Origin: Gracilinanus agilis | Lineage: Eukaryota | Direction of reading: 5' to 3' | DNA: 64,000 bases | NCBI RefSeq assembly: GCF_016433145.1 | Contig: NC_058134.1 | Span: forward strand, 196,930,859 to 196,994,858 | In this document: one piece after another, positions 11,690 to 44,100 of the stretch | How the letters are laid out: every line of letters starts with the position of its first letter | Numbering within the stretch: the stretch's first letter is position 1 | Program-made: the position numbers and the translations under genes | Notes under the pieces: generated by a model | The model's input: the letters and a program-made list of their open reading frames with translations, nothing else | Databases searched by the model: none | What the model was told of the DNA's origin: nothing

Positions 11690-12105
11690 TTTCACTACGT
11701 GCAGAGAATTCCACAGCCTTTCCCCCACCCCCATAGTTTCACTGCCCACCCCCTTCTCGGATCCATAGAGCCCCTCTCCCCCTAAACGCCGACACCTTCC
11801 CCAGCCCCAGTAGCTGCCCAGGTCTCCTTCCTCTCCCCCGCCCCTCCCCCTCAGCCCAGTGTGGCTCCCCGTGCAGGCGGAGATGGGGGAGGGGTAGGAG
11901 CAGGGTAGCGGAGAGGGAGAGGAGCGGGGAGGGGGGAGCGCCTCCGCAGCTGCTCGGAGTTTTAGGGCTGCACGTAGCCTCCGCGTCTCGGCCCAGGGAC
12001 TGGTGTTGCGCAGTATAAGGGGCGGGGCAGTCGTCCGGGCCCTCTATAAAAGCAGCCTCGCTCCTCCCTTTGCGCTCTCAGCTCTACACCCAAGCTCGCT
12101 GCCAG
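11690..12105 (+). promoter_or_regulatory. GAPDH promoter / CpG island and non-coding exon 1
   Basis: TATAAAA 12045-12051, GC box GGGGCGGGG 12019-12027, second TATA-like TATAAG 12014-12019, HIF-type TACGTG 11696-11701 (+) and 11970-11975 (-), donor GTAAAT at 12106. Confidence 0.85.
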
Positions 12106-12719
12106 GTAAATGCTCCACAAGAAATAGGAATGGGGGTGGGAGGGAGTGGGGGGCAGAATGCAAGGCGGCTCTTCGGACCCCTTTGCTTCCTTCCCTCCTT
12201 TAGGGGAGAGCGAGGTGCATGTTAGAGAGGAAGAGGAGGCGTTTTTCTCGCAAGCTGGGATGCCTGGACCCGGGGGAGGGGAAGGAGGAGGGAGGGCGAG
12301 ATGAGAACAAGGACAGGGACGTGAGGCCGCAAAGGGCAAGGATGGAGGCCGGGCGTGGGGGGGCCTCCCTCCTTGCTTTCCTCCCTCCCTCCTCTGCGCA
12401 TCCCTCGGATGCATGAATGGATGGAAGGAAAGGAGGGAGCGGGGATGGTGGCGCTTGAGCCGATCCGCGAGAGAGGAGGAAGAGCCGCCCCATGGGGGTG
12501 GGGGCAGCCCCGCTACCCGGTTCCGGGTAGATCCTCCCCCACGCACACCCAGGGAGACAGGCAGGGCTTAGCTGGGGGTTGAGGGATGTGCAGGGGAGCT
12601 TCGGGGTTGGAACTTGGGGGTGGGTGTGCGAGAGTCGGGTCGGGAGGAGATGGGTTCGGGTCTAAAATGCATCCTCTACCCCCCAGAATCCTCTGCTGCA
12701 GTCGCATCCTTTAGACAAG

Positions 12720-16808
<4,089 letters not shown>

Positions 16809-16986
16809 AGTGGAAAGCCATGATGGATCTTCATCCCCAGCCAAAAAAAGAGTAGTTCCACCACTGGGGAGCCCACATCCATAATAACCTATGTCCCTGT
16901 GCTGGGGATCCCATGCCCTCTTCACATCCCTGCCCCAGGCACCCCTGTAGTGGGGGGAGGAGCATAGTCCTATCTTGTGTACCATC

Positions 16987-17066
16987 AATAAAGTCATCAC
17001 GTTCAGTGCATTTCTGGTCTAACTTTGTCTTTTTGGGAAGAAACCCGTCTCCTCTCTATAAATAAG
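16987..17066 (+). terminator. GAPDH polyadenylation signals (AATAAA 16987-16992; second AATAAA 17061-17066)
   Basis: Canonical hexamers 180 and 250 nt after the stop, with GT/T-rich sequence downstream of the first. Confidence 0.8.
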
Positions 17067-17615
17067 AGCTACCTTTTCCACCCTTTCTGTTTATAAAGGG
17101 AAGCAACTGAATTTTCATTCAATTTTGAATGAAGTAAACTGACTTTAGTACATGTTGATCAATCCCAGCCTTGGCTTCAGTAATGTTAGGCTTTTGGTCT
17201 TAACTTTGATCCCTAAATCCCTAGGGTGATGGTGAGGCCTGCTAGACTTGCCCACATTGACATGTGTAGCCAGGCTTGTGCCCTTGATGGGCCCATTGCT
17301 ATAACTGCTACCTTTGCTGGGATGTGGGTGACAGTTCTCCAAAGCTATGCAAAGGCATATGTGAAATTAGGACTGGTCTTAAGTCTGGAAAAACTGTTCA
17401 GGGGCTACTTCAGCTCCCAAGTGTCACCTGGTAGCCCACTTTCCAGGAATGGGCCTTTCAACTTAGCTCTAAGCCAAAGGGTAACCCAAAACCAGGAATA
17501 AGGGACAGATTGGTTAGTGGCTGCCACCAATTCAAACTAGCCAATGAGGGGAGAAAGCCAAAGAACAAAGGAGTTCCAGCATCATCCCAAAGCATCTCTA
17601 GGGAAGCTGATTTCA

Positions 17616-17789
17616 GGGGCAGCTAGGTGGCCCAGGATATTGAGCCAGGCCCAGAGGAGGGAGGTCCTAGGTTCAAATCTGTGATGCTGGGCAAGTCATT
17701 TAACCTCCATTGCCTAGTCCTTATAGGGCTTTTGCTTTGGAGGCAACACACAGTACTGATTCTAAGTTATAAGAAAAGGGTTTAAAAAA
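17616..17789 (+). mobile_element. CORE-SINE between GAPDH and IFFO1 3' ends
   Basis: ggggcagctaggtgg...ggttcaaatct...gggtttaaaaaa. Confidence 0.8.
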
Positions 17790-17951
17790 GATGTAGGTTG
17801 CAGGGTACCTCAAGTCCCCCTTTAGAGAAAATAGGCCAAGAAAGGCAGAGACTTGCCCAGGGCTACCCAGCCCCTCTTGTTCTCTAAAATGTTAGGTATG
17901 GCCTCCCCCAGTCTGAAAGAAAGAACCCCGAGAGGCAGGTATCAAGGCCCT

Positions 17952-17957
17952 TTTAAT
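17952..17957 (-). terminator. Probable IFFO1 polyadenylation signal ATTAAA
   Basis: ATTAAA on the minus strand about 630 nt after the stop. Confidence 0.5.
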
Positions 17958-18585
17958 ACATGGTACCTCTATGGGAGAAGAAAACACACCCATACATATC
18001 AATTACACACACTGCAGCCAGCAGTGGATACGGGGAATGGCAGAGCCCCCAATCTTTAGCCCTGTTTTCCTCCATACTAAGCATATTTCACTGGCCCTGA
18101 GACTCCTGGCTTGGTCCAGTTTACACCAGTACATGGGCCAGTTAGCACCAGTATGGGGACTAGAAACAGTCATCTGACTCTAGGCAGCAGCAATGGGGAT
18201 GATGGAGGATGTAGGGAACCATCATACACCATATGAGTCTTGTTAATACTTCTCAGTGTGAGGCAGCAGGGGGCACCGATTACTGAAGACTCCGGAATGC
18301 CCCACTTTGCTGAGAGTCTGAGATGAGACCAGAACCCACCACCGAAAACTGGAGGCGATGAGGAAGACGTAAGGGAGCGAGTGCTCCCCAGCACCCTAGG
18401 ACTGGGCTCGTTTGGTGCAAGGGGACAAGTAGAATTCTGTGACATCTCCCCAGGGAAAAGGGCTAAGGAATCATCTCCACACCAAACTGAAGGTCCTGGT
18501 GACGTCTGCTTTCCCCCATCTCCAGTGCATGTCGTTTCAGTGGTGGGGGAGATGTTAAGGGGGACCTAGAATGGAGGCAAACCCC

Positions 18586-34950
<16,365 letters not shown>

Positions 34951-35011
34951 TCACACAGTAGTCAGAGGTGGGGATGGGCATGTTTAAGTGTATACAAGGG
35001 GAAGGGGCAAG

Positions 35012-35017
35012 TTTATT
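35012..35017 (-). terminator. NOP2 polyadenylation signal AATAAA
   Basis: AATAAA on the minus strand about 115 nt after the stop. Confidence 0.75.
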
Positions 35018-35130
35018 GGATTGTCTCAGAGTCAGAAAAGGCTGCTTCTGTCCGGGCCCGGAAGTTAGCTCACAGCCAGAAGCAACCCAAGAGTCACACC
35101 AGGCTAGTATGAGATCCCACAGTGGCTGTG

Positions 35131-38100
35131 TTAGGACTGAGATTTCTGCTTCTTCCTAGGTGGGGGCTGGCTGGAACTAGAAGTCCGAGAGCCTTTGTGG
35201 ACAGGTTTGCCATTCTGGAAACCAGCCTTCTTAGGGGGCTGCTGCTTTGTCTTTTCCTTTCCAGCTGCTCCTAGCTTTGCCTTTGTCTTCCCAGCTCCTA
35301 GCCTCACAAACTTTGCCTTTCCAGCTTGCTTGGGCTTCTTGGCAGATTTAGGGCTGACTTTAGGCCCAGGAACCACTTGCAAATTAGCTACAGAAGGTCC
35401 ATCATTGGGTCTGGAGTCCGTGGAGTCTTCGGGGTTGGCTGCTTCATCATCTGGGGTTGGAGTGAAATGGTTACACAAGTTTAAATGACACTGGGTTAAT
35501 AAAGTAGGAAAAACCAACACAGGTGAGTTTGAAGCAAAGTGCACCAAAGGAGCCAACATTGCACTTAACTGAAGCATGGCATTTTGTACTCCAATGACTT
35601 TGCAAAAGGTACTAAAAAGAGAAAGTTTCTGGGACTTCCTGGGACATTTCTCAGCATTCAAACCAATGATGGCTTTTGAAGACACTATCTTTTCCTCCTG
35701 AGAGCTGGACCTCCAACTTAAAATGCTCAAGAAAATGATGATTTGAAAGTATCTGAGAGGCATCATGATCTAAGGGGTAGAGAATTCACTTTCAAGCCAA
35801 GGAGACCCAAGCTCATTTCCCACCTCTGACACATACTGCCAAAGTCATTTAACCGATTAGTGCTTCAGACAATTCTCCTGGACCATGAACAGCAGAAGTG
35901 AAAGGAAATTCCTTATCCAAGAGTGCCCTGTTGTTGTTCAATTACATTCAAGTCTTCATGACTCCATTTGGGTTTTCTTGACAGAGATACTGGAATGGTT
36001 TGCCACTTCCTTCTCCAGCTCATTTTACAGGTGAGGAAACTGAAGCAAACAGGGTTAAATGGCTTGCCTGGAGTCACATAGATAACATGTGTCTGAGGCC
36101 AAACTTGAACTCAGATTTTCTTGACTCTGGGCCTGATACTCTACATTCATCTTGCCACTTCACTGCCCTATGCCAATGTAAATCACAGGTCTAGTCCCTA
36201 TCCCCTAGGAACTTAGATGTTCCCAAAAACCAGTTGGGCCTGCCTCGTGCTTGATAGTTCTTAGTCTCAAGTGCCAATTTATCATCTAGTAAAGAAGGAT
36301 AAGTTCAGGTAATCCAGAAAGGAAGGGAAACCACAACTCTTTAACTCTTGGGATTCAATTAGCTACATGAACAAAACAAATATAACCATCTACTTTGGAG
36401 GGAGAAGGAAGTAAAATTCCATTCTGATTTGAGTTTCTGACCTCAAAAACGCACCAATCTGAAAGAGACTGCTGTAGTTGGATTCTTGGTCAGAAGATCT
36501 AGTTTTGAGTCCTAGCTGACAATTTCTAGCTATCTGAGTCTTTGCAAATCATTTAGCCACTCTTCAGTCTTAGTTTCCTGATTAAATGATGATACCTGTA
36601 ATCCTACCTAACTCATAGTAAGAAAAGCACTAAGTTTAAGGCACCAAGGAAATGATTAGGAATAATGCACACAGGAAGAATTCTTTCATTCAAAAAGGGT
36701 AGAGTGTGGGAGAGCCACAGAGTTATTCCCAAGCAAGAGACACAGGGAAATGAGTCACAACTTTGTGGATAGAGAACTTGAACAAATGAGAAGTAGCAGA
36801 GATATTTCTTACTTTTCTTAGACTGAGGTATAGCATTGGAAAATTTCTTGAACTTGGCAATAAAGAAGCCATCCATGTTGTGTGTATGAGGGTAGAAACG
36901 TCGGGTAGAGCGAAGTGTGGGATGGAAGCGCCGCTCTCGGAAATGAGTAAAGCCCTCTTGACCAAAGTCTAGCCCTGTAGGCACCAGCCGCACATTCCTC
37001 TTCTTCAGGGCATACTCTACTACCCATTCATTTTCTTCTACCTGAGGGGGGTGGGTGACATGAGGGGTAAGGGGAAAAACTAGGAGTTAGTCTTAGCTGA
37101 AGGGGTCCCAAGAATAAGCTGTCCCTAGCCATTTCTGCCCACATTCCAACTTAGCAGCCTTACCGTAATGGAGCAAGTACAGTAGACAATATAGCCTCCA
37201 GTCTTAGAAGCAGCATTAACAGAATCAATAGCACTCAGGAGCAATTCCTTCTGGATGTGGGCACATCTTTTGATGTCTTTCTCATCCTTTCCAGGAAATG
37301 GGAAGAAAAATTTTGGTGTTTAAACTGATTTGTCCTCCCAAAATAGTATAACTTGCTGAGGATGACATTTTCCCCATGCTTCCACACCAATACCCTTCCC
37401 TTTCCTTCAAAATGTCTGTTCAACCTTTTTTTCCTCCTCACCTTGTTAGTTTTCACAGATGGGTCCTTAGAGATGACACCAGTGCCACTACATGGGGCGT
37501 CAAGTAATACTCGGTCAAATCCTCCCACCACCTGGGCAGAAAGATGATGAAGAGGTGGTCAAAGGAACTTCTACCTATCCAGAATGGCTCCCCACCCCTG
37601 AGCTCTTATAGGCAAAAGATAAAGCCACAACAAAATGAAACATCTAGAATGGTGTTAGTGGACAAGGAAGCAATTAAGAGTATTGGGAGAGGGGCAGCTG
37701 GGTAGCTCAGTGGATTGAGAGCCAGGCCTAGAGACTGGAGGTCCTAAGTTCAAATCTGGCCTCAGACACTTCCCAGCTGTGTGACCCTGGGCAAGTCACT
37801 TGACCCCCATTGCCCATCCTTACCACTCTTCCACCTAGGAGCCAATACACAGAAATTAAGGGTTTAAAAAATAAAAAATAAAATAAAAAAAGAATATTGG
37901 GAGATATAAGAGAAAAACAATGGTGGCTCTTGGGTCTAACCTTAGGGAAATGACGCCCATCATCATGGCTGATGATGGTGTTGGTGACCCCCAACCGGTG
38001 CAGATTGCCTACAACACTCTTGAGGCGCTCAGCATTAGCATCATTGGCAAGGATCACTCCTGTATTCTTCATTAGTTGGGCTGTAGGTGAAAAGCCATCA

Positions 38101-41100
38101 TCCTTCAGTTGTTCCCATGCCCCTATACCAATCACCTGTCCACCTTGATACTAGTTCCAACCAGAAATCCACTGAGTTAAATCCCAGCATCTCACCACTT
38201 AACTCCACACGCAATCACCCAGTAACTCAACCAGTATCCTAGATGGCTATATTCCCACTTCCTACTCCCACAGTAAAATCTATGGGTCTGATTTTCACTT
38301 TTACTGAAGTACTTTCTGGCCTGAAAAATGACCTTGGGCACCTATGAGCTCACCTTACACTTAAAAGCAAAGTATTAAATGAATGTGTGTACTTCTTGCA
38401 CTGAATGTTTTAAATGTCCCTGTTCTGCCACTTCCCTACCTATGTAGCTAGTCTTGCCACCAGGGGCACAACACATATCCAAAATACGCTCATGTTCCTG
38501 TGGTGCCAAGGCAATGACAGGCAGCATGCTGGAAGCACCCTGAAGAATGTAGTGTCCTGCCAGGTATTCAGGGGTAGCCCCTGGGAAGACAAAAAAAGAG
38601 GCAGATTAGAATAGGTTCAGTGAGATTCCACAAATATAAAGCCCTATCTAAATGACACTGGGATCACACATATGAAAGACAGGAGCTGACAACCTTGAGA
38701 AAGGGTAAGAAATGTACACAAATAGCTACATCCCATGGACACTGTGGGATGAGAAATTGCTTTCGCCTTTCTAGGAATGGGAAAATACTTGTGCAAAGGT
38801 AAGGAAGCAGGAAAGGCAGAATAAGTCCAGAGAAATAGAAGTCACTCACCAATGGGCACAGAAGAGTCATACACCACCAGTCCAGTCTTTGACCATTTAC
38901 CCAAGGGATCCAAATTCACCCCACGGTTGATCAAGGCCTGTGAGAGGATAGATCATGTCAAGGTTGCAGGCATCATGGCTTCCAGGGCAGAGGAAAGACT
39001 TCAAGACAGCCTGGCATTTGGAAATGTGGCTCTAATAAAGTTCACACTTCATTTTCACAACAGAAAAATGACTCTATCTATAATCATCTTTGTTTTCTTT
39101 CTCATGTTTATGTTCCACATTTTAATGGAAATGATTTATTTTTGTAGCCAAGCACAGTGCTTTGCATATAGGAAACACTTGATAATTTTTTATTGAACTA
39201 AATTAACTAGAACAACCTTTCTTCCTAATCATCTGTCCCTAAGAATACTCAAGGCACAGCCTCTCTCACCAAAAGCATCACTAATACCCTATTGCAGGTT
39301 TCAGTGTTGTCCAACAAAGCACTGAGTCATCACTTATGTATCACAGAACCACATTAATGGCAGGGACCCCCTTTAATTGAGATGTTATGAATGGTACCTC
39401 TTCTCCAACCATTCTGCTTCATACAAGATTTCATTCCTTGTAGATCTCTCTTTACACTTCATTCAGCAAACCACAGCCCAGCTGAAGGGCCTACCAACTT
39501 GTTTTTGAATAGGCCTTATAAATATGTTATATTTAAAAATTTTAAGTGGTACAAAACAGGCCAACCACTGGTCTACACTGGCAAAAAGTAGCCAGGCAAT
39601 ATGCTGGGCACAATGCAGGACAGGCCTTTTCTCCCCAGTCTTAACCCATCAAATTTGAGACATGAGAAAGAATTTCAAGGACCATAAAAATCCAACTTAT
39701 GCAAAAAAGAAATCCTCACTATAAAACTATCTCAATGGTTGTATCATCCAGTGGCATTCAAGTCTGTTTGAAGACCTCCAAGAAAGGGAGGAACCCACCT
39801 CTACTCAAGATAATCCTCTCCACTTCTGAACAGCTTTCACTGTTTAGTGTTTCCTGACATCAAACCTAAATTGGACTCTTTACAAATTCCATCCATTGCT
39901 TGAGGTTTTAATTTCTGAGGCAAGCAGAGTAAGTTTAATTCCTTCTCCATTTGACAGTCCTTCAGATATTTGAAGATGGCTATTCTCTCTCCTTCTTCCA
40001 AAGCCAAGTTTAAAAAGTATTCCCTACTTCCCTAGCCCCTGAATTAATGACTATGCCCATGAAGAATAGGTAAAATATCCCCGAGTTTATTTTAAAATGG
40101 ACCTTCCTTTAAGATACTTCCCAATCAACCCTACCTGAGCCAGATCACGTCGACGGGTTTTCAGGGTATTGGTCCTGAGGGTGATGGGTCGAGGAACCTC
40201 ATTAGCCTCTAGGAACTCCACTAGCTTCAAGGAAAAAAAGGAGATTAGTGTGGCCAGGGACTGAGTATAATAGAACATGAGCAACAACAGGGAACTCAAT
40301 AGCTTGAATACAGAGTAGTAAGAAAGTGAGTAAGAAAAGGATGACAAGTAGGATGGCAAGTAGGATGGCTGGCATCACCAATACCTCAGAAAGAGGGAAA
40401 ATGTCCATTATTTTGCCAATCAGGAAGTCTCCATAGGAGTAGTATGTAGCCAAGTCTTTCCGAAGCCTGCTTAGGTATTCAGTCCGAGACCGACCTTCTT
40501 CTCTCTGAGAACCAAAATCCCGTAGCACCCCAACAATGTCCTGGATTCGCTGGTGTACAGACTGCAAGTCTGGAGCCTGGGCACGTGACCATATTAAGGA
40601 ACAATGTCCAACATAACCTGACCCATCCCTATGTATTCCAAATACCCTTCACCATATCCTCTACCTCCTTTGTCTCATACAAGTATACAATACAGACACT
40701 CCTCCTCCAGTATCTGTCCTAGTAGGATATTCTCTTGTTCTATCTCCTTGCCAGTGGGCAATACAAATTTTTCATCCTTTTCCACATTGATCTGAAGATC
40801 TTCATTTGCTTCATCATCGTTTTTGGATTTTGGCTGGGGAGACAGTTCCTCCTCCTCCTCATCAGTGTCTTCTGAACTCCAGTGATCCCTGTAAATTACA
40901 ACAAATCAGAAGGGGGACCTTAAGTATTAAGAAATCCTAGCTCCTTCCTAGCCACTTCCACCCTAACTCTTGACCATGCCCATGATTAGAATTTCTAAGA
41001 CTTACAGAGTTTCAGTTTCCTGGGCCCTCTGCTTCCGAGCAGCCTTCTCAATGGGCAGGAGCTGTGGACAGAGAGAGAAGACAAAGACTTAAATAATGTC

Positions 41101-44100
41101 AACCTCACCTTCTTTAACACATCACTTTGCTCTGACCTCTTTCAAGGATTGTTGTGAGAACCTAGGCATATGATTCTAAATGAGATGTAAAAGACTGCAA
41201 ACTTTAAAGTGACACAAACTCTATTATTATTATTATTATTAATTATACACCTGCACAAGTCAGAAGGAAGAGACAGAGGACGGTGGGATGAATCAATCCA
41301 AAAAGGAAACTTGATGGACTTAAGAGCCCTGGTTCTCTGGGAGGCAAGGAAAAATTCTTTTAAAAAATTAGGGAAATAATTCAGTGAAAAGGAACTCATC
41401 CTGAAAAAGTAAAACTACGGTAAAGCTATAATTATCAGAACTATCTGATATTGGATTAAACAAAAATCAATGAAAAAATAAAGAGAAACAAGGAATAGAG
41501 CCAAATGTAAAAGATTAGTGTTTGATAAACACAAGATAAATTAAATAGCAATATGGCAAGAAGAAATTCATTTAGTTCCACGTCTCAGACCAACCAGATC
41601 TAGAATATTAATTTTTAACTTAAGACGAAAGAAAAAAAGCTTATGAAACTTTTTAGCTATCAAAGAAATGGAAGAAATTATTGGAGATGGAGTTGTTTTG
41701 AGAAATTATATATATAAATGAGATTTGATCACATAAAAACAAAAATACATTTTTGATCACAAAAAAAAAAAACAAAAAAAACCACCAGGGGCGGGATGAA
41801 TAGGTCTTGACAAATAAATGGCTGACAACCTGAATCTTAATCTATGACTTCCCAAAGAATCCCTGAAGAATCTAAACAATTTCCCAAGGAAAACACTAAA
41901 CAAAAATTGCTGACACCTTGAAAAATTGTTCAAAATCTCTAATGATCAGAGCAACACAAATTAAAACAACTTTAAACCACCAAATTGGCAAATTAGTAAT
42001 AAATCTACAAATTCAATGTTGCTAAAGCTATAAGTAAGGAGGTGTGTGTTGTTCTAATTGAATATAAGTGCAATCTTGGGGGAGCAACCTGTTAAAAATA
42101 ACTACAAAATATAGCATATTTTTATTTAAAAGAGAAAGACACACAAAAATATTCATAATTGTTTTACCTTTAAAAAGAAAAAGCTAAAAATATTTTCCAT
42201 ATCCAACAACTAGGTAAAGGTAAATTATAGTATATAAATCTAGTGGAATATTATTGAAACAAATATGGACACTTCGAATACAAAAAGTAAACAATGGGAT
42301 TTAGAAAGTAAAATTAAGAGCATACTATACAGTATACATTATGCACAAATCATGAAAAAAATAAATAAATAAAACCTTTCCACACAAGTAGGAAAAAGTA
42401 TCACTTAATACAGGGGCTAATCAACTTACCAGTTCTTTGATTAAATTTTACATTATAAAATTTGGTGTGTTCTTTGTTCACTTATAATATTAAGATATTA
42501 ACACATTTATAGCACTTTTGTCATAACAACCATCTGAGGAATAGTACAAATGTTCATTTCCCCATTTTATAGACGAGATAGGCTAGGACATCAAGTAAAC
42601 TGCATGTGTCACAAAGCCACTAAGTGTCCAAAGCAGGGCAGACCTCAAATCAACAAATGATCATTAAGAGTCTACTGTAATAGAGGCACTGTTCTAAACA
42701 AGCCAAGGGCTATTCAAGCTTACATTCTTACAGAGGATATAGAGGATGTAGGTGGATCTACTCACATAGAAAATAAATACAAAGTTTTGGGAGAGAGGAG
42801 TGTCTTAATAACTGGAAGAACCAAGAAACTTCAAAAAAGGTAATGTTTGAGTTATGAGAAACAGGGATTCCAAAGATTGGAAGTGAAGTAGGGTGTGCAT
42901 TTCATTTCCCAATGAAAACTCCCTTCACTGAGCAGAGTTTGGTGACTTACGATAATACAACTAGTACAATGGTTTATACTCTAAGCCAGTGACAGGCAAA
43001 CTAAGGTCCTCAGGCCAGATGCAGTCCCCTGAAATGTTCTATCCTGCCAAGGGACATTATTCCTAATCTAACGAATACAATGAGCAGGATACAATACAAT
43101 GAAACTTTGAAAGAGTTGCCTTAGAAACAGACTGACAGATGAACATTTCCTTTCCTTTGGCCCCCTCTTTAAAAAGTTTGCCCATCACTGATCTAGGCCA
43201 GTGTTGGTGAACCTTTTTAAGATCGCCTACCTTGCCTAAATGCAACTTCAAGCGGCCTACAAGACACCTGCTTCCACACCCCACACCCCCCCACTACCCC
43301 AGAGAAGTTGAGGAAGTGCTTGTATTGGGTGGCTGGACAGAGGGGTGAGACATGCAAAAAATGTCCTTGGGCATTGTGGAGAAGGGCACCAAGCAGCCCC
43401 CTCTAGGCCCCCATGGATGCCACACCTTTGCCAACACAGCTCTAGGCTATAGATCACACTATAGACCAGGGGTTGGCAACGTATGGCTCTCGAGCCATAT
43501 CTGGCTCTTTTGAGGGCCAGATAAGGCTCTTTCTGCAGGAGCCATAAAGTCAATTTTTTTTCAGGCGCTGTTACAGGAGCGCACACTGTGAGCACTGTAC
43601 GGCTCTCACGAAATTACATTTTAAAAAATGTGGTATTTATGGCTCTCATGGTCAAAAAAGTTGCCGACCCCTGCTATAGACTATAGACAATCATGTGGAC
43701 ACAGAGTATTTCAAAATAGCTTTAATGCAAAAAAGTTGGAGGAGAGGGGATGGGAGTGTTTCTATTTGGTCCTAGAGGTAATAGGGAACTAAAGGGAGTT
43801 TGTTTCCAGTTCAGTAAAATCATTTTGGTAAGTGTGTATCAGACTAGAGAGAGGTTTGAGGTAAGGAGGTCAAAAAGAAAGTTATTGGAAATAGACCTGG
43901 TAAGAGGTGATGAGGGCCTGAGAATGGTGGCTGAGTAAATAGAAAGAATTGTTTTCAGATATAATAGAAAGAGAAATGACAAGATTTGGCAACTGACTGT
44001 ATATGTGTGGTGAATGACAGTGAGGGCTTGAAGATGGCACGAAGGTATCAAGTCTGGATGACTAAGGGAGGATGGTATTCTCAACAATAAAATAGAAGCT

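Noticed and set aside
11962-12546. 194-aa antisense ORF over the GAPDH promoter
   Set aside because: Pro/Gly/Arg-rich CpG-island artefact.
35451-35766. Upstream part of ORF 35131-35766 as NOP2 coding (acceptor at 35491)
   Set aside because: Phase is incompatible with the preceding exon (immediate stop); the acceptor at 35451 gives the correct phase.
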